From positions 866 to 64,865 of the forward strand of contig JBDROJ010000030.1 of NCBI GenBank assembly GCA_043810165.1: 64,000 nt of DNA, written 5' to 3'. Below are positions 6,190 through 16,455 of the stretch, piece after piece (position 1 is the stretch's first letter; the number at the start of each line of letters is the position of its first letter). Under the pieces are notes generated by a model. The model saw only the letters and a program-made list of their open reading frames with translations. It ran no database searches and had not been told where the DNA came from. The position numbers were made by a program, and so were the translations under genes. Origin of the DNA: a bacterium (GTDB lineage: Bacteria > Patescibacteriota > Patescibacteriia > Magasanikbacterales > GWA2-37-8).

Positions 6190-7896
6190 TTATTCGTTAT
6201 CGCTGAATAAATGAGTAATTCTAAATATCACATACACGGCGAAGATGAGCCACAAAATCGCCACAATATATGGTCTAATACCACTAGCAAAATATTTAAC
6301 CCTGCTATCGCTTGCCGAGAATATCTTAATGTCTAAGTCATACTCGCCGTCGCCTGATACAGATTTAAAAGTTATGTCTAAGTCATCATCATCGGGAGCA
6401 GTATATGTGCCGTTAAACATGTTATAAAATCCGTCGTGGAAAGCAAAGTAATAATTAAATACAATTTTACTTCTGAGTAATTCAACTAAACGAGGAAAGA
6501 AAAAATCAAAGTCATCGGAATTATAAATAAAATCAAGGTCTGATACATAAAGTCCGAATGGGTATTGTCTTGTCATTTCGCCGTCATCTGTAAGTTGTAC
6601 TACATAGTGAATTGAATCTGTTGAAGAAGCGGTTAAGTTTACTTGATAATTCCAAGTGTCTGCCATTTGGTCTAAAGCAATACTGTGATAACTACCATTA
6701 AGCAAATCGCCGTCGGAGTTATATTGTTTAATTGTGAAATTTAAGTTTGAGAGGGTTGAAGATGTTGGATATATAAAACCAAAAGTAAATAGACTTGAAG
6801 TTGTACCAGAGGGCAAAGTCAAAGCTGTGTCAAAAACTGGTGATTTAATTTTTATATCGTAATCGTCGTAATAATCAAAATTAAAATACCAGTCGTCGGG
6901 ATAACCCTCTATAATTTCAAGCGGTGATAAAGTTATATAGTCCATTAAGTCATCATAGTCCACGCAGTCGCCTGATACACTAGATATTTCTCGAGCAATA
7001 AGTCGGTGGTTTGTTGCTTCATGATAAAACTGACCGGAAAATTCATTATCTATGCAATCAACATTATAAGTAATATTTTCATAGCCTAGACAATCATTTG
7101 TAAAACCAATTCTATTTTCGCCCACAATCGGACAAGTTCCCGTTACAGTAATGTAGCTGTCATTTATTGCCGGACTATCATTATCATGGCTTGTTATCTC
7201 AAATGGAATAGTAATTGGATCAGCACTAAAAACTTTTACAAATATATCTGTTGATTCGCCACTGGTATATCTAGTCGCACCTTTGTAGTAATAAGCTTGA
7301 CCGTATGGGTAATTTTCACTTGAACCTAAATAATTTGAATTGTTATACATCGTTCTTAATACTGAGCCGGGTTCTCTGTCGTCGTTAGAGGAAATATTTA
7401 AAAGAGCAAAATAATTAGTGTTTGGAGAAACTGAAACAGGTTCGTCAAAGCTAAAATATGCCCATTTGTAATACAATCCGTCGTCTGTTCCACCCTCATC
7501 ACTTGCATAACAATTAACATCATAGTTAATCAATGCGTTTAATTCTTCGGCGGTAAATTCTTTTGAGGCTAAAGGACTTGAGCAACCAGAATACCAACCG
7601 TTTGTCGCTGAATCACACAAAGTTAAAGTTTTTGGTTCGGTAAAGTCGGTAAGACGACAAAGTTTAAATGCCACTGTACTAATTGCTTCCGTGTCGGCCG
7701 TGGTTATAAATTTTTGTCCGTGTCCCGTTTCGTTGCTCACTCGGATAAACCATGTATACCAATTTGAAGCCGGACCAAAATCTACGATGTCGCCTGTATA
7801 ACTATCTTCTGCCTTAGTTATTTGAGCAAACAACAACGATGTGAATAGAGATACTACTAACAATAATATTATTTTTAGTTTATTGTATTTTTTCAT
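6190..7896 (-). CDS. pIII-like adsorption protein
   Basis: Signal peptide (MKKYNKLKIILLLVV..), acidic Cys-containing beta-rich ectodomain, C-terminal TM anchor; position after the coat gene. Confidence 0.65.
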   Translation of the reverse strand: MKKYNKLKIILLLVVSLFTSLLFAQITKAEDSYTGDIVDFGPASNWYTWFIRVSNETGHGQKFITTADTEAISTVAFKLCRLTDFTEPKTLTLCDSATNGWYSGCSSPLASKEFTAEELNALINYDVNCYASDEGGTDDGLYYKWAYFSFDEPVSVSPNTNYFALLNISSNDDREPGSVLRTMYNNSNYLGSSENYPYGQAYYYKGATRYTSGESTDIFVKVFSADPITIPFEITSHDNDSPAINDSYITVTGTCPIVGENRIGFTNDCLGYENITYNVDCIDNEFSGQFYHEATNHRLIAREISSVSGDCVDYDDLMDYITLSPLEIIEGYPDDWYFNFDYYDDYDIKIKSPVFDTALTLPSGTTSSLFTFGFIYPTSSTLSNLNFTIKQYNSDGDLLNGSYHSIALDQMADTWNYQVNLTASSTDSIHYVVQLTDDGEMTRQYPFGLYVSDLDFIYNSDDFDFFFPRLVELLRSKIVFNYYFAFHDGFYNMFNGTYTAPDDDDLDITFKSVSGDGEYDLDIKIFSASDSRVKYFASGIRPYIVAILWLIFAVYVIFRITHLFSDNE

Positions 7897-8092
7897 AGAC
7901 ATATCTGATTTTGGTACTAGTTTTTTCTTCATCGTTGCTTAATTTTTTGAATAAAGAATTGATTACTTCAATTTCTTCCGGTTCTTCACGATATTCTTCA
8001 CTAAATTGCTGATCTGCCATAAAATCTTCTATACATTCGTAGAGAAAATTAAGTATAAAATTTCTTTCTTCTTGATTTATGTATATGCGCAT
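7880..8092 (-). CDS. Small acidic phage hypothetical protein
   Basis: 70-aa ATG ORF co-oriented within the phage operon. Confidence 0.5.
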   Translation of the reverse strand: MRIYINQEERNFILNFLYECIEDFMADQQFSEEYREEPEEIEVINSLFKKLSNDEEKTSTKIRYVYEKIQ

Positions 8093-8140
8093 ATGTTTTA
8101 TTTTATTAGTTTAGATTTAAGAATTTTAATTCGTTATGCC

Positions 8141-8186
8141 TGTTAGCGGGGGCTTAGGCCATTTGAAAGCCAGCCCCCGCCAGACA
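8141..8186 (-). terminator. GC-rich hairpin immediately after the major coat gene (terminator or RNA stabiliser)
   Basis: TGTTAGCGGGGGCT..AGCCCCCGCCAGACA inverted repeat; no clear U tract. Confidence 0.5.
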
Positions 8187-8190
8187 AGTT

Positions 8191-8460
8191 CTATTTCATG
8201 AATCTGCGAGCTAAACGCCAAACGAAACCAATTGAAAAGATGATCACACCAACGATTACGATGTTTGCGATGTTAGCGGTTATTACACCGACAACATTTT
8301 CTTTCATCGTATCAACTACCATACCGGTAGTAGAGGCGACATCTGAATCCACGGCTGCGAAAGCATTAGTTCCAGCCAATAATCCACCGGCAACAGCTAG
8401 GCTGAAAGCGGTAATTTTGGCTTTAGATCCAGTCAATAAACTTTTGATTTTGCTAATCAT
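8191..8460 (-). CDS. Major coat protein (pVIII-like) with signal peptide
   Basis: Leader ending AFA, then ~54-aa mature chain with acidic N-terminus, TM IVIVGVIIFSIGFVW and basic tail RLARRFMK. Confidence 0.8.
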   Translation of the reverse strand: MISKIKSLLTGSKAKITAFSLAVAGGLLAGTNAFAAVDSDVASTTGMVVDTMKENVVGVITANIANIVIVGVIIFSIGFVWRLARRFMK

Positions 8461-8471
8461 AGTCTTATTGA

Positions 8472-8618
8472 TTAAATTTTCTTAATGAATAACAATAATA
8501 TGCCGACCACTGCTCCCAGAATAAGACCCAAAACAATCGCTTTAGCAAAGACTATTCCAATAAGTTGGAAATCATCTAAGTAGCACGAATTGTTGAGTAA
8601 GATATATTGAGAACACAT
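8472..8618 (-). CDS. Small single-TM virion protein (pVII/pIX-like, 48 aa); not in ORF track
   Basis: Manual translation MCSQYILLNNSCYLDDFQLIGIVFAKAIVLGLILGAVVGILLLFIKKI. Confidence 0.65.
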   Translation of the reverse strand: MCSQYILLNNSCYLDDFQLIGIVFAKAIVLGLILGAVVGILLLFIKKI

Positions 8619-8619
8619 A

Positions 8620-8730
8620 TTACTTGCCTGTGGTTATTGCAAAGAAAATACTCAAGACCGTTAATAGCGAGAGAGGAAGAATGAGGCTCAACCCGAGACC
8701 GGCAAATATGTTGTTTATTAGTCCTGTCAT
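8620..8730 (-). CDS. Small single-TM virion protein (36 aa); not in ORF track
   Basis: Manual translation MTGLINNIFAGLGLSLILPLSLLTVLSIFFAITTGK; tightly packed with neighbours. Confidence 0.6.
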   Translation of the reverse strand: MTGLINNIFAGLGLSLILPLSLLTVLSIFFAITTGK

Positions 8731-8734
8731 AAAT

Positions 8735-8887
8735 TTAAGGTTTAAAGATGAGTAAAACGATTACTACCGTAAGCAAGCCAAACAATAGTCCAAACGAAAC
8801 TGTAATAAGTTGGCTGAAAAAGTTAATCAGATCCAACGCTTCGCTGGTTAAGGCATAAGTTGTACTGGCTGTGGTTAGGAGGTTCAT
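8735..8887 (-). CDS. Small single-TM virion protein (50 aa); not in ORF track
   Basis: Manual translation MNLLTTASTTYALTSEALDLINFFSQLITVSFGLLFGLLTVVIVLLIFKP. Confidence 0.62.
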   Translation of the reverse strand: MNLLTTASTTYALTSEALDLINFFSQLITVSFGLLFGLLTVVIVLLIFKP

Positions 8888-8889
8888 AA

Positions 8890-9153
8890 CTATTTTTTGT
8901 TAGGAATGTAGTAATCGGCAAAAGCCCTCTTTCTCTTTTTATCAACAATGTGATAAGGGTAAATTTCAATATCTAATGTTATTGTTTCACCCTGTTTGCC
9001 GACTTTTAGATCCATATCGGATACATTTACCTTTATTGGGTAAATACTCCCGACTGGTTCTATGAATAAAGTTCGGCTTTTCCCGGGCGTACCGTCTTTA
9101 CATGTATATTCCCGGAGTTCCTCCTTTTTGAGGACACCTGTTAATTTAAACAT
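8890..9153 (-). CDS. pV-like ssDNA-binding protein (OB fold)
   Basis: 87 aa with beta-strand pattern and the YTCKDGTPG hairpin; first gene of the structural operon. Confidence 0.6.
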   Translation of the reverse strand: MFKLTGVLKKEELREYTCKDGTPGKSRTLFIEPVGSIYPIKVNVSDMDLKVGKQGETITLDIEIYPYHIVDKKRKRAFADYYIPNKK

Positions 9154-9268
9154 AATGGTATATTCTTTAGATTTTGAATTAAATCCGCAATCGACCTTTT
9201 ATTTTGCGTGCTTGTATTGTAAGTGAACAAGGTTCTGAAAAGTTCTTGTACAAGTTTTCAGAATAATC

Positions 9269-9296
9269 AAAAAAGCCCCAAGTTATGGGACTTTTT
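9269..9296 (-). terminator. Intrinsic terminator after 9317-10126 gene
   Basis: AAAAAAGCCCCA-AGTTA-TGGGACTTTTT. Confidence 0.6.
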
Positions 9297-9316
9297 GCCG
9301 TTATTTTTTCAGAACT

Positions 9317-10126
9317 TTAGAGGTATTTCTTATTTAATTTTACTTTTCCTTTTCTACCAGTATTAAATTTTAAAAAGTCTTTGTGTTTTGTTTCTTTTTC
9401 TATTTTTTTGCTTAACTCAAAACAAATATTATGATATCTTTTCCAATTATTTTTATCTTTTGTATAGTCTAAATCATAAAATTCATCCTCAGCTATTTCG
9501 GCATAGTAAAAATCGTCTTTTAGATTATCTTTATTGGTAATAAAAATATGATGTAATAATTTGTGGGCATTAGTAATTTTATCTTGTTTGGATATTTTTA
9601 CTTTCACTCCTTGAACATACAAAACACTCTTTTTGTCGTCAAAGTAGGTTTTATTATCCTCGTCATCGCAAGCAAAAAAGCACTTTTTGTCTAATCTATC
9701 AAATACTTCGCTATTTACAACCTCAAAAGATAGTTCTAACATTTGTTTGGAATATGGCTTTGAAAATAATTTGCAAAAATCATCAAAGTCGTCCTTATCT
9801 TGAACACAACATTTTTTAAGTTTTTTCATTTTCTTGTGAACAAGCTCTAAATTAGAGTAGTAAGTCCAAAACTCTTTTGAAAACAAAACATCGCCCTTGA
9901 TTTTTAAGAATTCGTCCTCGTCCCCATACCCATCAGAGCTTTCGCCCATTAGCTTTATGTGGTCGTCAAAAATACCCTGCATGATATTTTTGGCAAGAGG
10001 ATCTGAGTGCAAGAAGTAAATATACTTGTAAATTATGACGAACCGTTGGAATATACTTGTCTCAATACAAAAAAGTCGAGTAAACTCGAGCATTTTTTCC
10101 TTGATTTTGCAAGCATACTGAAGCAT
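9317..10126 (-). CDS. Hypothetical phage protein, possible C-terminal winged-helix regulator
   Basis: Long ORF; C-terminal helix/helix/beta-hairpin pattern; start uncertain (10126 vs 10192). Confidence 0.55.
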   Translation of the reverse strand: MLQYACKIKEKMLEFTRLFCIETSIFQRFVIIYKYIYFLHSDPLAKNIMQGIFDDHIKLMGESSDGYGDEDEFLKIKGDVLFSKEFWTYYSNLELVHKKMKKLKKCCVQDKDDFDDFCKLFSKPYSKQMLELSFEVVNSEVFDRLDKKCFFACDDEDNKTYFDDKKSVLYVQGVKVKISKQDKITNAHKLLHHIFITNKDNLKDDFYYAEIAEDEFYDLDYTKDKNNWKRYHNICFELSKKIEKETKHKDFLKFNTGRKGKVKLNKKYL

Positions 10127-10215
10127 GGGTTTTGGTGGAAAATAAGCATATTTTAGTTTATTTATTATACAGGAAAAAATCGGGGTGGACAAATTTTGCT
10201 AAATATGCCTAAATT

Positions 10216-10244
10216 TGGACAAAAATATCAAATTGTTGTAAAAT
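10216..10244 (+). promoter_or_regulatory. Promoter for the restriction-modification operon
   Basis: TGGACA-17 nt-TAAAAT. Confidence 0.45.
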
Positions 10245-10292
10245 AAGGGAAGAAAAATACTTCTATTTAAATAAAAAATTCATTATAAAAAT

Positions 10293-12209
10293 ATGGTAAA
10301 TTTTAAAGACAAATTAGAAAATCTATTAAAGAAAGAAAAAGATTTTTTAGATGAAAATGGTGTTATTGATTATATTAAAATAAAAGACTTAGCAGATAAG
10401 ATTGATAGTAGATTAATAGAACTTTTGATTACAAATAATGAAATAAAGAAAAAGTTTTTTTCAAAAATAAAAGATGTTTATGTTTTTAACATCAATCATT
10501 TTAAATTTTTCTTAGATGAAAATAAAGTAAATAATTCATACACTCAATATAAAAATAGAATTGGTTTATCCGACGGAAAAGAATTTATAAATGATAGAAA
10601 TGATACTGTTTTAGATTTTCCTTTTAAGGATTGTATATTGGAAGGTGGACAAAGCACAGAAGAAGGCATTGATACTTATTTTGAATATTCTGATAAAACT
10701 GAAAAATATGAAGAAAAGACAGCAAAAAGAAATGAAGTATTCTTTAATCAAGTACTTGCACATGATGAAATAGATAGACTTTGTGATAGAAAAGCTCTTG
10801 TAAATTGGAAACGATTTACTAAAGATAGCAAGAAAGATGGTGAAATTGTAAAAGAAATAAAACGAGATAAAAAAGGTTTAATACAAGAGAATTTAATTAT
10901 AAAAGGTAATAACTTACTTGCTTTACATAGTCTAAAATCTGAATTTGCAGGGAATATAAAACTTATTTATATTGATCCTCCTTATAATACAAAAACAGAC
11001 AGTTTTGTTTATAATGATAACTTTAATCATAGTACATGGCTAACCTTTATGAAAAACAGGTTGGAGTTAGCTAATGAATTATTAAGGGATGACGGAATAC
11101 TTTTTGTGCAATGTGATGATAATGAACAATCTTATTTAAAAGTATTAATGGATGAAATATTTGATAGGGAAAATTTTGTAGGAACCTTGATTCATCAAAG
11201 AGCAAAAGGAGGCGGAAATGCAAAACATATCGTAAAAGGACATGATTATATTACCATCTTTGCAAAAAAACTAAGTAAAAACCATAAATTTATTAGAGAA
11301 AAAGTCATTCAAGCAAAAGTCATTGAAATAGATGGTGTTTTCTACTTAAGAAATGATGATGTTGTTAGAAAAGTTTTTGGTAAATATGATACATCTTTAG
11401 GAGATAGAAGATGTTTTTATGAAGAACTTGAAAAATATAAAAATGAAAAACAAATTAAAGAAATCAAAGAAAAAATTAAAAATAAAGATTATGTTTTAGA
11501 AAACTTTGGTAATGGAATGCAAGTGATAGTAAAATATACACCCATAGAAGAATCCTATTCAAAGTTGTATTCAATAGTCAAAGCATTATCTGAAGATGGT
11601 AATAATGAAATAAGTGAGCTTGGATTAGATTTTAGTAATCCAAAACCAGAACAAATTATAAAATTTTTAATTGAAGCGGTTACTAAACCTACAGATATTG
11701 TTTTAGATTATCATCTTGGATCAGGAACTACCTGTGCAGTTGCTCACAAAATGAATAGACAATATATTGGGATTGAACAAATGGATTATATTGAAACTGT
11801 TGCTGTAGAAAGAATGAAAAAAGTTATTAAAGGTGAACAAGGAGGAATTTCAAAATCAGTTGATTGGAAAGGTGGTGGCGAATTTATTTATTGTGAGCTT
11901 GCAAAATGGAACGAACAAGCAAAAGAAGAAATACAAAACGTAAAAGATTTATCTGCTTTCGTAAAGCTCTTTGATACTTTGTATAAAAAATATTTCCTAA
12001 ATTACAATGTTAAAATTAAGGATTTTAAAGAAAATATAATGAAAGAAGAAAACTTTAAAAAACTTACTCTTATACAACAAAAGAAAATGTTTTTGGCTAT
12101 GCTTGATTTAAATCAAATGTATGTTAATGAAAGCGAAATGGCAGATAAAAAATATGGGATTAGCGTTGAAGATCAAAAACTAACAAATACTTTCTATAGT
12201 AAAAAATAA
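10293..12209 (+). CDS. mod: Type III R-M adenine methyltransferase (Mod)
   Basis: NLIIKGNNL, IYIDPPY (motif IV), NPKPE, DYHLGSGTT (motif I); adjacent Res gene. Confidence 0.92.
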   Translation: MVNFKDKLENLLKKEKDFLDENGVIDYIKIKDLADKIDSRLIELLITNNEIKKKFFSKIKDVYVFNINHFKFFLDENKVNNSYTQYKNRIGLSDGKEFINDRNDTVLDFPFKDCILEGGQSTEEGIDTYFEYSDKTEKYEEKTAKRNEVFFNQVLAHDEIDRLCDRKALVNWKRFTKDSKKDGEIVKEIKRDKKGLIQENLIIKGNNLLALHSLKSEFAGNIKLIYIDPPYNTKTDSFVYNDNFNHSTWLTFMKNRLELANELLRDDGILFVQCDDNEQSYLKVLMDEIFDRENFVGTLIHQRAKGGGNAKHIVKGHDYITIFAKKLSKNHKFIREKVIQAKVIEIDGVFYLRNDDVVRKVFGKYDTSLGDRRCFYEELEKYKNEKQIKEIKEKIKNKDYVLENFGNGMQVIVKYTPIEESYSKLYSIVKALSEDGNNEISELGLDFSNPKPEQIIKFLIEAVTKPTDIVLDYHLGSGTTCAVAHKMNRQYIGIEQMDYIETVAVERMKKVIKGEQGGISKSVDWKGGGEFIYCELAKWNEQAKEEIQNVKDLSAFVKLFDTLYKKYFLNYNVKIKDFKENIMKEENFKKLTLIQQKKMFLAMLDLNQMYVNESEMADKKYGISVEDQKLTNTFYSKK

Positions 12210-12210
12210 T

Positions 12211-14958
12211 ATGGAAGAATTGTATCAACAAATAAATACAGAAAAAAATACACTTAAAAAATATGCTCCGGAAGTCATTGAGATTCCTAAATATATTTTA
12301 AATAATATTAAATATGATTTATTTGAGTGGCAAAAAGAAGCATTGGAAAATTTTTTTGTGTATGAAAAAGATCATAAACAAAACCCCACCCATTTAATGT
12401 TTAATATGGCTACGGGAACAGGTAAAACCTTAGTCATGGCCTCTCTTATTTTGTTTTATTATCAAAAAGGTTATAGAAATTTTATATTTTTTGTAAATCA
12501 AAATAATATTGTGGATAAAACAGAAAATAATTTTATTAATAATACTCACAATAAATATTTATTTACAGATAAAATTACTATTGACGGGAAAATTATAAAT
12601 ATTAAAAAAGTTAATAACTTTTCTGACAATTCTTCTGACATACAAATAAAATTTACTACCATACAAAAACTATACAATGATATACATTTAGAAAAAGAAA
12701 ACAATATTACATTGGAAGAACTTTATAAAAAAGATATTATAATGTTAGCTGATGAAGCACATCATCTTAATACAAATACAAACAAAAAGCAGAAAGAGTT
12801 AGATCTAAATTTGGAATTAAAAGATAATGCAAGCAAAGAAGATATTGAAAGAAAAGGCTGGGAACATACCGTTATTGAATTGATTTTAAAAAAGAATGGA
12901 AAAGAAAGTAATAATATTTTATTAGAGTTTACTGCGACTATTCCGACAGAGCCTAATGTTGTAAAAAAATATAAAGATAAGACAATTTATAAATTTAGTC
13001 TAAAAGATTTTTTAAAGAAAGGTTATACAAAAGAAATCAATTTGATTGGTTCAACCTTTAGTAAAAAAGAAAGAATTTTACATGCCTTGCTTTTTAATTG
13101 GTATAGACATGAAGTTGCTTTAAAAAACAATATACATAATTTTAAACCTGTTATCCTTTTCAGAAGTAAAACTATTGAAGAATCAGAAAAAGATTATCAA
13201 GTTTTTTTGAATTTGATAAATAATTTAAATATTAAAGATTTTGCATTTTTTAATAAAATAAAAGATAAAATTACAGAAAACGATAATCCCTATGAACAAG
13301 GAAGATCTCGCACAGAAGATGTTTTAAATTTTGTAGAAAATACAAAAGGTAGATATTCTGAAGTGGTAAATTTTATAAAAGAAAATTTTCAAGAAAAAAA
13401 CTTGATAATTACTAACTCAAAAGATAAAGATGCTAAAGGTGAAAAAGGCGGTGAAAAAACAACAGAAAAACAGAATGATCTTCTAAATAATTTAGAAGAT
13501 ATAAATAATCACATAAGAGGTATTTTTACAGTAAAACGATTAACAGAGGGTTGGGATGTATTAAATTTGTTTGACATAGTCCGTCTTTATAAGGGGCAGA
13601 ATGTTGGAGGAACACACAAAGGAAAAACACCCGAAACGACAATACAAGAAAAGCAATTAATTGGTAGAGGTGTTAGATATTGTCCTTTTACTTACAAAGA
13701 TGAACAAAGAAATAAAAGAAAGTTTAATAATAATTTGAAAAATGAGCTAAGAGTATTGGAAGAACTTTATTATTATACTTACGATGACCCAAACAATAAA
13801 GCAGAACACAACTATATTATAGAATTGAAAGCCGAACTAAGAAAAGACGGCTATATTGATGATAATAAAATTGTTAAAAAATTTGACTTAAAAAAAGAAT
13901 TTAAAGATATTCCTTTTTATAAAAAAATTAAAATTTGGAAAAATAATCAAATTGACAATCCAGATAGACAAAAAGAAAACTTGAATACTTTAGCTAAAGA
14001 TTTTTTTAGCTCATATACAATTAGTGGTATTTCTTTGTCAGAAGACTGGATGAAAAATTTAGATGATGAAGATGAAATGCAAAGATTAATCTTATCAGAA
14101 CAAAATTTAAAAGTAATTAATGATAAAACTTTTAAAGATTTTGAATATAATATCTTTAGAAAAGCGATACACATAAAATCACAAAAGGAAAATTCTTTTT
14201 ATAGATTTGATAATTTGAAAGATAATTTGAAAATAAATAGTATAGATGATTTGTTAGGAAAAGATTTTTTTGGTTCTTTTAAAATTAATATTATTGTAGA
14301 AAAGAAAACAAATTTTGAAGATATTGATAATGAAGAAAAATTAAAGATTATTTCTAAATTTCTTAATGATATTGAAAATAAACTTAAATCATATATAAAA
14401 CCAAAGATAGGAACGCCTGAATTTAAAGCTTATAAATTTTCAGATATTTTTGATAAACCTAAAACAAAAAGCGTTGATAAAAAAACAGTAGAAGATTCAG
14501 AAAATTTAGCTGATGTGTTAAAAAATGAAGAATGGTATATTTTGAATGATTTTGTTGGTACTGATCAAGAAATAGAGCTTATTAAATTTATACAAGAAAG
14601 AGTTGGTAATTTAGATGAAAAGTATAAAGAATATTATCTTTTAAGAAATGAAGAAGTTTATAAAATATATGACTTTGAAGAAGGTCGTGGATTTCAGCCG
14701 GATTTCTTATTGTTTTTAAAAGGCAAAAAAGACAAAGTTTACTATCAAATTTTTATTGAACCAAAACAAAAAAAATACATGACTTCGGAAAATGAAATAT
14801 GGAAAGAAAATTTCTTAGAGCAAATTAGTGAAAAATTTGGAGATAAAAAAATATTAAAGGAAGAAAATGAAAATTATAAATTATTTGGGTTGCCTTTCTT
14901 TAATAATGAAGAGGAATATAGAAATAATTTTGAAGAAAACTTTGGTAAATTAATTTAA
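12211..14958 (+). CDS. res: Type III restriction enzyme Res subunit
   Basis: MATGTGKT Walker A, DEAHH, FTAT, LTEGWDV, QLIGRGVR, C-terminal PDFL..IEPK nuclease. Confidence 0.92.
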   Translation: MEELYQQINTEKNTLKKYAPEVIEIPKYILNNIKYDLFEWQKEALENFFVYEKDHKQNPTHLMFNMATGTGKTLVMASLILFYYQKGYRNFIFFVNQNNIVDKTENNFINNTHNKYLFTDKITIDGKIINIKKVNNFSDNSSDIQIKFTTIQKLYNDIHLEKENNITLEELYKKDIIMLADEAHHLNTNTNKKQKELDLNLELKDNASKEDIERKGWEHTVIELILKKNGKESNNILLEFTATIPTEPNVVKKYKDKTIYKFSLKDFLKKGYTKEINLIGSTFSKKERILHALLFNWYRHEVALKNNIHNFKPVILFRSKTIEESEKDYQVFLNLINNLNIKDFAFFNKIKDKITENDNPYEQGRSRTEDVLNFVENTKGRYSEVVNFIKENFQEKNLIITNSKDKDAKGEKGGEKTTEKQNDLLNNLEDINNHIRGIFTVKRLTEGWDVLNLFDIVRLYKGQNVGGTHKGKTPETTIQEKQLIGRGVRYCPFTYKDEQRNKRKFNNNLKNELRVLEELYYYTYDDPNNKAEHNYIIELKAELRKDGYIDDNKIVKKFDLKKEFKDIPFYKKIKIWKNNQIDNPDRQKENLNTLAKDFFSSYTISGISLSEDWMKNLDDEDEMQRLILSEQNLKVINDKTFKDFEYNIFRKAIHIKSQKENSFYRFDNLKDNLKINSIDDLLGKDFFGSFKINIIVEKKTNFEDIDNEEKLKIISKFLNDIENKLKSYIKPKIGTPEFKAYKFSDIFDKPKTKSVDKKTVEDSENLADVLKNEEWYILNDFVGTDQEIELIKFIQERVGNLDEKYKEYYLLRNEEVYKIYDFEEGRGFQPDFLLFLKGKKDKVYYQIFIEPKQKKYMTSENEIWKENFLEQISEKFGDKKILKEENENYKLFGLPFFNNEEEYRNNFEENFGKLI

Positions 14959-14969
14959 TATATCTTAAT

Positions 14970-16442
14970 GTGAATTTATATTTTTCTGATTTTTTTAAAG
15001 TAGATCCTAAGATTATTGAAGAATATGGTGCTTTTGACATATCGCTAATTTTTGATTTACCTCTGTTTATCGATCCTTTTTTATTGTTTAATAGTAAAAA
15101 AGATGATTATAAAGAACTTCATGAAAAGATAATTGATTATTTAAAATTTTTAAAAGATAAGTCTGTAAATGGTAGTCTAGACAGCGGTGCTTTAAAAACT
15201 TGGTATTTATTTCAAGAGGTTGAACAAAATTGGTTTGGTTTCTCGTTAAAAGGTAATAAAGGTAGTGGTTTGGGCATGGATTTTGCCACAGCTTTAAATG
15301 AAAATCTATATAAAATATTTAGTAAATTTGGAGAAGAAGATATTACTAAAGGAAGTCATCTTGAAAAGTTATGCTTAATAAAAGATGGTATAGGTAAAGA
15401 TAATATTAGTGATTTTGCTACAAATTTGATTAAAGATTTTTTGTTGGAATATACAGAGACATTTACAAAAAAATATATAGACCCTGCATTAACAAAAAAA
15501 TTTAGAGTAAAAAAAGCAAAATTTAATTATAAAACCGAGACATGGGAAGAAGGAATATATCAATTACCTAAACATGAAGATAATTTTGTTTTATTAACTC
15601 CTAAAGAATTGCTTACAAAAGATGATACGTGGATTAACAAGACTGATTTAATAAAAGATTTTGAAAATATACCAGATTCTATCTCGGATGATCAACTTAG
15701 ATTTCAAATTAATAATTATTTTAAAAGTCAATTAACTAATGAACCAAATAAAGAACCAACAAAAAAAGAAAAAATAAAGGCTACTTTTGCAACACTCCAA
15801 GAATTTCCTGACTTAATAGATTTTTTTATAAAATATAAAGAAGATAATGGTGAGAGAGCAGAAAGTATTAGTGATGAAAAAGTTAAATTTTCATCAAATG
15901 TATATGTAGAAAATGTAAAAAAAATAATTCCTGAATTATCCAAAATAGGTTTTTATACATCTTATAAAGAATTTAGTTATGACGAGGCTCATACCCAAAT
16001 TTTAAATTTAAAAGATTTTATTGAAAATAATGACGGTTATAGACTGTTTTATGATAATAACGATAATGTTATAAGATCGGAAAAAGAATTACAATTACTT
16101 TTCGCTTTGGTGTGTAAAAATTCTATTTTTGATGTCAACAGAGAGCCAAATAATGGTCGTGGTCCTGTTGATTTTGCAATTTCAATGGGTCGTTCTGACA
16201 AGACACTTATCGAATTTAAACTGGCTAAAAATACCAGTTTAAAGAAAAATTTACAAAAACAAGTTGAAATATATCAAAATGCCAATGGAACAGATAAAGC
16301 TTTTAAAGTGATTATCTATTTTACAGAAAAAGAACAAGAACGAGTATATAAAATTTTAAGAGTGCTTAATTTAAACAATGAATCTAATATAGTTTTAATT
16401 GACGCTAGAATTGATAATAAGCCGTCAGCCTCGAACGCTTAA
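14970..16442 (+). CDS. Uncharacterised protein with C-terminal PD-(D/E)xK nuclease-like domain
   Basis: REPNNGRGPVDF..LIEFKLA motif; co-transcribed with mod-res. Confidence 0.65.
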   Translation: MNLYFSDFFKVDPKIIEEYGAFDISLIFDLPLFIDPFLLFNSKKDDYKELHEKIIDYLKFLKDKSVNGSLDSGALKTWYLFQEVEQNWFGFSLKGNKGSGLGMDFATALNENLYKIFSKFGEEDITKGSHLEKLCLIKDGIGKDNISDFATNLIKDFLLEYTETFTKKYIDPALTKKFRVKKAKFNYKTETWEEGIYQLPKHEDNFVLLTPKELLTKDDTWINKTDLIKDFENIPDSISDDQLRFQINNYFKSQLTNEPNKEPTKKEKIKATFATLQEFPDLIDFFIKYKEDNGERAESISDEKVKFSSNVYVENVKKIIPELSKIGFYTSYKEFSYDEAHTQILNLKDFIENNDGYRLFYDNNDNVIRSEKELQLLFALVCKNSIFDVNREPNNGRGPVDFAISMGRSDKTLIEFKLAKNTSLKKNLQKQVEIYQNANGTDKAFKVIIYFTEKEQERVYKILRVLNLNNESNIVLIDARIDNKPSASNA

Positions 16443-16455
16443 TTTATAATATAAT

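Noticed and set aside
10293-12209. Phase-variable mod (phasevarion)
   Set aside because: No simple-sequence repeat tract seen in or upstream of mod; frame intact
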